NCBI RefSeq assembly: GCF_036321535.1
Contig: NC_087437.1
Location: 45,758,001 to 45,822,000, forward strand
Direction: 5' to 3'
DNA from: Camelus dromedarius
Lineage: Eukaryota
Length of the DNA stretch: 64,000 nt
The stretch's first letter is position 1; every line of letters begins with the position of its first letter. The translations under genes were made by a program, and so were the position numbers. The notes below the pieces were generated by a model. The model worked only from the letters and a program-made list of their open reading frames with translations, was not told the origin of the DNA and did not search any database. Below, in pieces: positions 37,391 to 48,872 of this stretch.

Positions 37391-40300
37391 AATAATAATA
37401 ATAAGTAACAAATAAACATCATTTATCCAAAAAATTAGCTATGGTTTTTAATCACAACTTAGAACCCAAAAAGATTTTAGAAAATTATAATTCATCAATC
37501 ACACACAATAAATTAACTGAACTCATTCTCTAATAAATAGAATCCTTCAGTTAAATAAAACAAGTGTGGTTTTAGCTTTGAGCACTGATCTCTTCTCAGA
37601 CAGAAAGATGAATCCTTTCTAAACAGGGATAGCTCGTCTAGTGTCTAATTGGCTTTTAGCTGCTTTTTGTCCATGACTGAAAACTTGGGGGCAGCCTCTT
37701 CAATTTACCCCCAGTCTGGGCTTTGTTGCCCTGATGGCAAATCCGTGCCAGCTCTTATCCTTCCTCCTCTCCATCCTGCACACATGGTTAGAGTGTGGCC
37801 TTCCTGCAGCATCCTTTACCACTGCTAACATCCTGCTCTGCTGCTTCCCATCGGCTCACTCTGACTTTTCTCTGCGCCCCGTGTTTACTCTCCACATGCT
37901 GTCCACATCTGTCCAAAGGCTGAACACCACTTCCCTCAAGACACACAGGCAGAGGGCGGCTACAAAATTTTACACGAGAAGGGCTTAAAAGGTGAAAGTC
38001 TGCCACGAACCTGAAGCTGCAATGCGCCAGGTATCAGCTATCAAAGGATGGGAGCTAACAGAGAGAATGGGAGCTACCTCACAATCCTGCAACCTTCCTG
38101 CTGAAGTCGCCAGCAAATCTTACCCACCACCAGAGAGGGCACACCAGCCACCTGCCTCTTGGAAGGCAGGAACCATCAGCCACATCTTCCTTACCCTCCC
38201 TCTCCTAGTGATGGGACAGGCTATCAGCTTCAGGGAACCTGGAGTTCAGACTGAAAGAATCCCCACTGTAGTCAAGGGAAAGAATTCAAGCTCAAGCATA
38301 ATCTTTAGCTCAGCCAATGTTCAGAACATCTTTGAATTCATTCGTATTCACTCTGTAAAAACTTGGATCTGCAGAGGGAGTACCTCAGTAGAGTCATCTG
38401 TAAAACGGGGTAACAAAGACAGCTACTGAGTCAAGCTTCTATGAGGAGCAATGAGATAACACATGGAAAGCACCTAGAACAGCTTCTAGCACAAACACTC
38501 AAAAACTGATGTTTACTGTATTAGAATTGAATCTAGTCACTTCATTTCTCCCCCATTTATAAACTGTATTCCCCTAATGAGAGTTTTAGTGACGTCAACT
38601 ACATTATTAGAATTCTTTCTTGGAGGAGTTGGCAGCGTTATAGCAAGAACATTAACCTTTCCTCTGTCATCTGCTCTTTTGAGAGCAATAACTTAATTTT
38701 ACCATGTGAAACCAATAGCAATTATTGGGTAGAATGTGTTCCTAATGAGATCACTACCATTACCCAAAGCTTCTAAGTTTCCTGGAAGAAATTATATCTC
38801 AAATGCCAGGCTGTAAACATAGAAATGGGGAAAAAAAGACATAAGATAATGCTGGAAAAAAATACCTCAACAACAATGCTTATTTTGAAATGGGTTTATG
38901 GCAAAATTAAAAGGGCATAATTTTCTCATTTTACCTGCTTTCTGGTGGTAAGTAAATCAGGAATGGCATTTAGTTTCACATTTTTCTTTCTCTGATCACT
39001 ATACATTCAAAACTTAAAAAAAAACAAAAAACTTTACCTATTTCTCATACACTATGTCCAGAGATTTCAAAATGTTTAAATGTATAAAAGCAGCTGCCTA
39101 GGATCCAGCAGACAGGCATTAAAGTTGACATTTGCAAACATCATTGTTTCACTCCCAGTTCACAGGCATTTTGACAAGAAGAAAATACAAACCTTCACTC
39201 ATTCCAGGGCAAGCATTCTGAAACTAAATGATTTACATGGTAACAGGCAAAGGTTAAATTCACATATTTCATAGCCTTCTTACCAACTTCAGTCAAACCT
39301 CTGAAGTTTAACTATGGAAATCCTTGGTCTTTCTATATCCCCTGTGAATAGATATGAAATAAGAATTTTAATGATAATCTTTGAGGTCATGAAGGTTGGG
39401 TTTCTGTATATGAGACCACTTACCAAAAAATGTACACATACATTAGAAACTATTTTAAGGGATTAAGTTTAATTTGGACAAATGAACTACCATGTAAATA
39501 ACACCTTGAATGCTTTTTAATATAAATTATTTATTTAACATGTTAAATCTCCTGCCATTGAAAACTGGGATATGGCATTTCTGTTGACGAAAAAAAATTG
39601 TTTTTTTTAAAAACCCACACTCAAATCCCACAAAGGCCAATGGCCAAGGGGAGAGCATACTCAAATAATACCTTTGTGGGGTTGGGAGGGAACCAAATTG
39701 TGAAAATGAAAAACACATCTCTAAGAAAAGTATTAAGGTGATTTGGGGGATAATTTTTTTAAGAGGTTAGATTTAAACTAATTTTCTATTACTTTGTCAG
39801 AACAGAATTATTTTCATTTGCTAAGGGAAGCTCCTTATTGTTAAAGTTCACAGTTCTGGCTTCAAGGATTTTGCAATGTCAGTGTTAGTTCAAAAGTCTT
39901 GATATCAGTATGGCAACATCTTGACATACCTCCAATCACCCCAAGGAGATGCTGCTAATTCATACAAGCCAGATGGATTTGAGTTTACATTTTCAGACGT
40001 GACAGTATCTAAGTAACCTTAGATAAAATCCATTGCTTCAAATGAGGAATTCTTGAGTAGTCAGTCCCAAGATAGCTGGCATCTGAGAAAAACTGTGTTC
40101 ACTGATACACACACATGCCAAGACCTCACGTACAACTTCTGAAGACCAGCCTGTTCCTCCAGGAATTCCTTCTTTGCTTTTCGCAGACACAGGCCTAAGC
40201 AGTTTAAGGGAGGTACATACAATACAATAGCTTATCTCCTGTTTCTATTTTTGATTGATCAAGAGCTGTAACAAGAAAGGTTCTTACCCCATGGTGCTTC

Positions 40301-41628
40301 AGTTGGAATACATTTACAAAATTAACTTTGAAAAAAACTGGAGTTGATTAGTTACATTGGATATTCTGTCAACAAATCCAACTCATCCTAATCAGTCATA
40401 ATTAACACTGATGTCTGATGAGAGGTACAAGTAAGGGTAGCAAGCTGACGTGCTGACTGCCCCTCCAGGGAACTGGGGAAAGTCTGCTCATTTTCTTCAA
40501 CTTGGAAAAGAGGTATACAGGCTGCTCTGGCCAAACTGGCAAAAGAAATGTCTGCCCAACCTCTCATGGATATAAGAATGCTTTGTGCACATTTAGCAAA
40601 CTTGGCAGGTAGGTTTCAGTTTTCTCCCGAAACAGAATGTGAATCCTGCAATCCTGGCACCTCCTCAAAGTCAAATGCTAACCTAACCCAGGCTTTCCTT
40701 AAGTCCAAGAACGCCAGAGACTACCTCCCAGCAAGGGCAGCAATAATTAAATTAGCATGCTTCTCTGCCTAGAATAATCTGCTGGATGGTGGGTGTGAGG
40801 CAGAGCTGGTCACTGTCTTACCCCAGACTGGCGAGGCAGGAGCTTCTGGAATGTTTGCTCCTCATCCGCATGCAACAAGACCATCTAAGCAGACTGGATT
40901 CCCCACAGCTCATTTCCCAACAAGAATAAATGCTGCCTTCTGTATAACTCAGATCTGCCATGATTCTACAAAACAGGATTTTTTTTAAATATGGAATTCC
41001 CTGCAGTTCTGCTAGACATAAAGGAGAGAAGCAGGATGTAGCCTCGGTGGGTTCATCTGACTTTAACTCTTTCCTTCTGCCTCCACGCCTTTCCTGCTGC
41101 CCCCAGACCAGAGTTCTCCTCTGTCTCACTTGCGTTTTCTATCCTTCCCTTGAAACTACTTGGTTCTCACCAGCCGGCAAACACGCAAGTCTTCTCATTC
41201 CAAATTCATCGTCCTCTACATCTTCCCTTACTCCTTAACCTCGCCATCTGATTTCCACCCTCTTGGCTCTGCTGGAATTTCTTTTCTTGTCAACCTCCCT
41301 TTCTGGCCTAAAGACTTTCTCTTCCCTCTTGAAGCCCTCTCTGGAACATGGGACTGAGCTGATCATCCATGTTTTAATCTCTTCCTCCCCGTGGCACCAG
41401 CAACACAAATTCTCTGCATTTTCTGATCGACCTCTGGGGCTTCTCTTCCTCTTCAGTACAGACTTAGCCCCAGTGTGTCTCTGTAGCCCTTTAGCCCCCT
41501 TTCTCTTTTCTCTCCTTCAACCATCTCTTCCGTTACTAAAAGTGACCCCTGAAGTCGAATGCCCATTTACATTCTCCCTCAGGTCCATGGTAGAGTGCAG
41601 GCAGTAATATCCAGAAGTACTGATGCTT

Positions 41629-42279
41629 TTTTTTTTTTGGCAGTAAAATATTTATTAACAGCTTTGTTGAAACATACATGGCACAGAATGTGTGTATATT
41701 AAATATACAACTAAGCTTTAAAATATGTATACACATGTGAAACTATCACCACAATCAAGATAATGAATCACTCTCAAGAGTGTTCTCATGAACTTTTGCT
41801 ATCTTTCTGATTTCCATGTCACTGATTTCTGAACTGATCCTTCTTATTTTTCCTTATGATTACTTTGGGTTTCATTTGCTTTTTATAGTTTCTTTTTTTT
41901 AACTTTTTTTATTGAGTTATAGTCATTTTACAATGTTGTGTCAATTTCCAGTGTACAGCACAATTTTTCAATTATACATGGACATACATATATTCATTGT
42001 CGTATTTTTTTGCTGTGAGATAACATAAGATCTTGTATATATTTCCCTGTGCTATACAGTATAAACTTGTTTATCTATTCTATATATACCTGTCAGTATC
42101 TACAAATTTTGAACTCCCAGTCTGTCCCTTCCCGCCCCCCTCCCCCTTGGCAACCACAAGTTTGTATTCTATGTCTGTGAGTCTGTTTCTGTTTTGTATT
42201 TATGTTCTTTTTTTTTTTTTTTTTTTTATTCCACATATGAGCGATCTCATGTGGTATTTTTCTTTCTCTTTCTGGCTTA
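41629..42279 (-). mobile_element. 5'-truncated L1 (41893-42279) carrying a ~255-bp 3' transduction (41639-41892)
   Basis: Perfect 17-bp TSD CAGAAGTACTGATGCTT at 41612-41628 and 42280-42296; two poly-T tracts (41627-41638, 41893-41910); reverse-strand AATAAA at 41651-41656. Confidence 0.88.
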
Positions 42280-42556
42280 CAGAAGTACTGATGCTTCTTG
42301 ACTGAAACTAATGTTCAAACATATTCTCATATTCAAATATAAATAACCAATGCGCACACATGATTTTTTCATTTAACTGAGTATTTGTCAAGCTCAGCTG
42401 TAAAGCAAAGTTAAGGAAAAAACACAAATATTGAAGAACAAAATGCAAAATGAAAATGAAATTTTAGACGAAGCATAAACTTTCTAAGAAAATCGGCTTA
42501 TTTTATTTTTCTTTCATAAAATCCTTTAATGGCTCTCCATCACTTCTGGCATTAAA

Positions 42557-42934
42557 TTTTTTTTCTTTTTTCTTATTGAAGTGTAGTCTGTTTACAATGT
42601 TGTGTCAGTTTCTGGTGTACAGCACAGTAGTTCAGTCATATATATACACACATTTTTTTCATATTTTTTTTCATTATAGGTTACTACAAGATATTGAATA
42701 TAGTTCTCTGGGCTGTACAGAAGAAACTTGTTATCTATTTTATATATAGTAGTTAGTATCTGCAAATCTCCATCTCCCAATTTATCCCTTCCCACGCCTT
42801 TTCCCCTGGTAACCATAAGATTATTTACTATGTCTGTGAGTCTATTTCTGCTTTGTAAATAAATTTGTGTCTTTTTTTTAAGATTCCACATATAAGTGAT
42901 ATCATATGGTATTTTTCTTTCTCTTTCTGGCTTA
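42557..42934 (-). mobile_element. 5'-truncated LINE-1 3' end inserted in an L2 relic
   Basis: T-rich tail then ATTGAAGTGTAGTCTGTTTACAATGTTGTG; encodes ...[17 protein letters not shown] on the minus strand; closely similar to 1437-1839. Confidence 0.88.
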
Positions 42935-45900
42935 GAGTTAAAGATCTTAAATGCCGATCTTTATGCCCTAACTCTCCCCGCCCCAAACAACTCCAGGTCA
43001 GGCCTTCACACACTCCTGCTTCACACTTTCACTGCCTCCTCGGATAGTTCTACATGGCTCTCCCAGAAGCCCGTCACACTCCATACTGACAGCCAGGGTC
43101 TCATCTCCTCCTAAACCTGTTTCTATTCCTAGGACCCTACTTCTTTCAGTAGCACCACCAGTTGAACAGTGGCCCAGTCTCGAATGCTTATAGTACTGGA
43201 ATCCTCTGTCTCTGGTTGTTGTGCCCAAGCAGTTGCCAAGCCTGCCAATTCATGATCACCCTTTTCAATTTTATCTCCATTCTTATGTCTACCATCCTTC
43301 TTCCAGCTCCTACTTCTCTCTGCCTCAAGCATTACAACAGTATCCTTAATGTCTGCCTCCTTTCGCCATCCACGCGTGTAAAACATGCTTCTTCTGTATT
43401 AACCATTTCCACTCTCAAGAATGTCCTGTGGTTCCCCACATCTACTGCTCAAAGATGGAACTTCTCAGCCCAGCCCAAAGTCTACCCCTATCTGGTCATA
43501 GCTTGTGCTACCTTTTCCGGCTTTCCTCCTGCAAAGTCATTGTATTTTCACAGAAACAGTTTATTCGAGTTTTATGTCAACATTAGCATCTTTCCTATGT
43601 GTAGGGAAAAAACAAAGGGAGGGTGGGCACCTAACTACAGGAACACTTCAACAAGCAAAGCTCCGTTCTTCAATCCATCATGCCCCTTTTTACCCCAGAG
43701 GGCTGTGCTCCATCCGAGTGGTGCCATGTTGTGAAGCAGAGAGCATCACCTGCTGCAGAAGCAGAGCTTCATTTCACTTTCACCGTCAGCCTCTTTCCAC
43801 GTACAGCCCTGCTGCCAACTCCCCCCCGGCCTGTTGGATTTCCATGTATATGTATTTCCCTGCTTCTGTGTGATCTCAGCAGGGATAAATGAACCTCAGA
43901 TATTAAAATGTAATTTGTTCAGATCTTTGCCTTTAGGGTGAGAACTAAGATGCTGCCATCAGCCAGAAAATTTGTGATCTAATTTAGAAGCAGTGAGCCA
44001 TACTGTCTTTTCTCAGACACTTCAGAAAGCTGCACTGAGTCCCCACTTTTCTACCGTTTCGTAAAAGGTTTTCTTTTGAGCTATAAACAACATCGATTTT
44101 TTTTCCTCCACCTTACCATTCCAAGAAATAGTCATTTAAAAAGGCAGGGAAATACAAACACCACTCCTTGGCTATCCCTCTGTTGAAATGCCACATCGTA
44201 CAAGTGACTTACCTTTAATCTCTCGACTTCTGCTCGATCAAAGACCCCCCCACCCTGACCCACTTTTTACCCAGACATTTTGGAGGAAATCTCTCCCTGG
44301 CACTTACAGACAGAGTTCCAGGATCAGCACTGAATTGGCTTATGCAAAGAATTCTAAATTGTCTTCATATGATCTGAGAGTTCTCGCCCAAGTATCATTA
44401 GGGTAACATCTTCAAGATCATCACTAAACAAATATCAAAGAAAGATTTTCTTTGCTTGTTTTTCTATTGATACTTTGACCAATTTTAGCTCTCTCCCGTC
44501 TTCACATAAGACAGGTTATTATTACAAGGTCATAGGCTGTTGTTTTTTTTTTTGGTTTCTTGGTTTTGCCGCAAAGGAAAAACAAATTGTGGGGCTATAA
44601 AATGTATTAACTATAAGGTTCAGTTAAGATAGAAGTGGAAGGCATCGGACATGGTTTTGTTTAGATGAATTCGGCACAGGGAACAACTGGACTAAATCCA
44701 ACTTAAGAAAGAAGCAGAAGCCACAGAGAGACGAGTGGGCTGAATTTCACAGAAAGGATTTGAGAAGAGAGACGCGGAGTCCCTCTGGGAACTGAAAATT
44801 TCCTAATACTCTCCTGCACACCCCCGAGAGAAAAGGCAAAGGACAATTTTTAACTTTATAAGCAAAATTCAAGAAGATACCATTTTGTTATTACTGAGAT
44901 TCACAGGCACACACCCCAGAGAGGGAAAGAAAGTCAACAAAAATAAATGGATCCACGTTAACTTCTGAGTAATCTAGCAGATTAATGCTGGCTTAGCAAT
45001 TGAAACTCTTGTGAAGTTGGCATTTCCTTTACAAAAACCTAACAACTTCCTGTAACACTATTTCCAAATTAGATGTAGAAGGGAAAGCACTGGCATCCTC
45101 AGATCCTCAGCATGAAAACAACTGAGTCACACGTCACTGGCTGCTGCAGACACCGGCAAAGTGTCCATTGTGAATACTAATTAACTGATAGCGTCTTCAC
45201 GATGCAACAAAAGGGACTTGAGGCTTTTCAAATAAGATGTTGCCTTGCAATTCAAACAGTAATCTGACAGAAAGCAAATAACCTTCTCAGCAGATGCAGA
45301 AGGCTATGGATTAGCAAGTGTATCAGCAAGTGAGAAGGAAGGAGGGTCCAGTGTCTGACCTTTAAATGACACTAGGAAAGCAACAGAATAGAAACCTCCT
45401 TGGAAATTCTGTCCAACTTTCCTTCTCCGGTTTCATCCAACACTGGGGCTCAGTCACTTACTGAAAAAAGCAGTGTGGCTTGAAAGGACCGAACGATGCC
45501 CCTGTGCTACAAATCTACACATTTTAACCCCTCGATCTAATTTCGAAAGAAAAATGTCAAGGATGATGGCAAGGATAATACCTAAAGGTCTTTAATCAAA
45601 GCTCAAAATGTGCATGTCTTTTCTTCCTAAATCCAGCAGGTTGTAACGTTCTCCTTTCTTTTAAAAAAAGCAAAGATTCCGAGCAGATGATCAGAACAAC
45701 TTTGCAAGCTGATTAAAAAGCATATCAGTTTCTAGGAATGGGTTTTATTTTTCAATCACATTTTCCTCTGTGAAAAGCTTTATTAGATTTTCAACTCTAA
45801 GTGTGTTCTGACCATATAATTTAGCAAAATGCTGCACCTCCTTAATCCTATTTTCATCACACCATCGATTGTTCATCACGATTATAAATATAATCCATAG

Positions 45901-46153
45901 GCTTCACCAAAATGTGGTACACTTTTCAGACTATCTTAAAATAAAAGTTGTATAAATTGTCACTGAAAATTACACAGCCACATTACCTATGTTTCAAATT
46001 GTACTGATTAATTCTTTCACATACCCAACCCCTTCAACAGAGATAATGAGATAGCACAGGAAGCTCTAGCATTATAAAACCAAAGAACTGAAGTCTCATT
46101 GTAAGCTGTAAGTGCCAATCAGGGTCCTGTGTCTAATGTTTATAGGGCATGAA

Positions 46154-46168
46154 TGCCACCTACTGGCA
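46154..46168 (-). promoter_or_regulatory. Candidate CTCF site
   Basis: Reverse strand TGCCAGTAGGTGGCA matches the core CCASYAGRKGGCR; motif match only. Confidence 0.35.
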
Positions 46169-46620
46169 GGCATTAAAGATTACACCATCTGACCAAGAGC
46201 CATGGACTTCATCTTTGCAATCCAACCATGGCAGGATTTTTGCCTAGAGCCAAAATGCACCCATTCTGTTAGGTGTACAGCTTGCCTCACTAGATGCTAA
46301 TATTTTTGTAAGGAGATCACACAAAAAGAGTTCGGCTTTTGTCTTTAATTTACACTGCGTGATCAGTATATACATGTAAGTAAATGAGCACTTTTTTTTA
46401 GTCTATCCTCCCCTGCTAAAATGTAATCTAATCTCAACAGGAACAGCAACATTATTTTATTCATTAATGTATTCTATTTGCACCTAAAACAGTGTCTGGC
46501 ATTTTGTGCATATTCATTGTTTACCGTGAATGAATGAGGAAAATGATAATGTTGTTTTAAGGCAATCTAATGCATCTGCTGATAGCCTAAGTTCTAAAAA
46601 TAAATGGATATTAAGTTGAA

Positions 46621-46805
46621 CTATATATAAAATAAACAAGTTTCTACTCTATAGCACAAGGAACTATATTCAATGTCTTGTAGTAACCCATAATGAAAGA
46701 TATGAAAAGGAATATATGTATGCATATATATGACTGAAACATTATGCTGTAAACCAGAAAAATGACACAACATTGTAAACTGACTATACTTCAATTATTA
46801 AAAAA
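46621..46805 (+). mobile_element. Short L1 3'-UTR fragment
   Basis: CTATAGCACAAGGAACTATATTCAAT...GACACAACATTGTAAACTGACTATACTTCAAT; degenerate TSD AAATGGATATTAAGTTGAA / AAATGAACATAAATTGAA. Confidence 0.8.
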
Positions 46806-47369
46806 TGAACATAAATTGAAACTCTGGTTCTCCATCTTCTTGTGGACTTTTGTCATCTTTTTTAATTTCTCTGAGCCTCAGTTTGCTCATCTGTTAAATA
46901 GGGAGACTAACACCAAGGTAGTTGGAACAATAAGCAGATAAGTGTTTATTAAGCACTCAGCAAGAGTAAGTGCATAATACTATGCCCATTATTTTTAAGT
47001 TCTATACCTCAAGTCAGGGGTTGTCAGAAGTCTAATCAAGGCATTAGGCATGCTCAGGGCTCTTCCTTCTCCATCACCCTTGTCATCAACTCCCAGCCTA
47101 CAAAATTCTCCACTTTCACCAAGTGCTGGTTCCTAACTGGAGTCCAGAAAGCTTCAGCACTCAGATAGTCACAGACCTTTCGAGTTGTGCAGGGCTGCAG
47201 TGTGATATTAGGAAGTCAGTGTTCTGGAAATCTCTAAACGGTACTCTGAAGCACTTAAATAGTTCAGAACTCCCTGGAGGATTGTACAAAGGTTTTAATT
47301 TATCTTACAGCTGATATTACACTTTGCTATCTGCTAGGAAACCATTCTGTACTTGCAGGGACATAGATA

Positions 47370-47860
47370 CCCATGAGTGCTTCTGTTTGAACACGAGACA
47401 AGCAACGGAACACCCACTGAAATGGACTTAAATGTCAAGGAACTTTGTCTTATGTAACATGAAGTCCAGAGGTTGTGCTATAGCTGGTTTGCATCTGGAC
47501 AGTATCAGGAAGAACCCATGTTCTTTCCACACCATGCTCTTCCGTCCGTTGTGGCCTTCAGATGCTCCCAGTAGAAATCTAGGCCCCATAGCGTGCTATT
47601 CACATTCAGTGGGGAGAAGAAAATGGTCCCCAGAAGGATCCCAGGGAGGGAGAAGGATTTCCCACAGAGCCCTGGCAGACCGTTTCTCCTGGCTCACTGG
47701 TCAAAATACTAAAACATGCCCATTCTTGCACCGGCTGCCTCTGCGACTAATCTGGTAGAGTCTTAGCTCAGTCATGATCTGTGTGAAGGAGGGGGCAGAC
47801 TTGCACCCAAGTCAGGTTCAGGAGAAAGGAAAAAGGAAGCATGGGGGCTGGGCAGCAGCT
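47370..47860 (-). mobile_element. Old MaLR LTR (MLT1 family)
   Basis: GCAACGGAACACCCACTGAAATGGACTTAA...GAAGTCCAGAGG...CTCACTGGTCAAAATACTAAAACATGCCCATTCTTG. Confidence 0.5.
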
Positions 47861-48767
47861 GGAAGTTCCCACCCCTGCGAGAACACAGAGATAGAGTGGT
47901 CCAGTCTGTGAAAACAGCCATCAATATGCTGAATTGGTTGGGGGTTTTTTTAATCCTTAAAATAATTTTTTAAGGAGACACTTTCTGGCAGTCCATATAC
48001 TAAGAGCCCAGCATGCCTCTATAGAAACGTTTCACGCTTAGGTTTGTTAAAACATACAAGTTCTGGGAACGTTCCCTAAAGAGGCTACAGTTCAGGCAAA
48101 GGAACACATGGGAAGCTCTGGGAGCACAGGTGTCTGTGGCCCCACTGGGTCTCCATCCCCCCTTTAATAAAGGAGGGGCTAGCCGAGTTCCCAGGTCTTT
48201 CCCAGCTTCTTCATTCTGTGTGTTTGAAGCCTTATCCACCCACACCATCAGTGACCCTACCTAAGCACTGGCACACGTCTGCATTCGCTGTTCAAGTAAG
48301 TGCTGACCTCTCAGTGCACGGGCTCTACTTGGTACAGAACTGGTAAGACAGACACCAGGGCGAGGCAAGTTCCTGCCTTCCAGAGCCTTCACTGGGGAGG
48401 AGATGCAGGTAGAAAACAGGGCTGCAAGCGCAGCAAAGTTAACAACAGAGTGGAGCAAAGGAGCGGTGTCCTGGGCGGGAAGAGTGAGGTGAGGGGGCAA
48501 GGTATTTAAAAGATGAAACAGGACAGGGTCGGGAGGACAAGCAAGCTCTGCGGGCCAAGAATTGACTTCACCTGCTTGTGAAGCTCGGCACAGCCAAGAT
48601 GGTCATGACGACGGATGAGACTGCTGGTGGTGCTGGGTGGCGTGATGCTGCAGGTCAGTTACTGTGCCCTACCAAGCGCCAGCACTTTAGTTACAGTATT
48701 TCACATAATCTTCACAGTAATGCCAGCAAAGGGGGGTCATAACCCACATTTTACTCTCAACTTATCT

Positions 48768-48872
48768 AGAAAGAAAGAGAGAGAGGAAAGGAAGACAGAA
48801 AGAAAGGAAGAAAGAAAGAGGAGAGGAGAGGAGGGGAGGAGAGGGGAGGAGAGGAGAGGGAAGGAAGAGAGA
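48768..48872. repeat. Purine-rich low-complexity tract (GAAA/GGAGA units)
   Basis: About 100 bp almost entirely A/G on the + strand; follows a MIR-like fragment (~48650-48760). Confidence 0.9.

Noticed and set aside
37992..38429. 145-aa ORF
   Set aside because: GTG start, runs into a MIR-like fragment, no recognisable protein similarity
43162..43734. 190-aa ORF
   Set aside because: Non-ATG start, overlaps an L2 relic, no recognisable domain or exon structure
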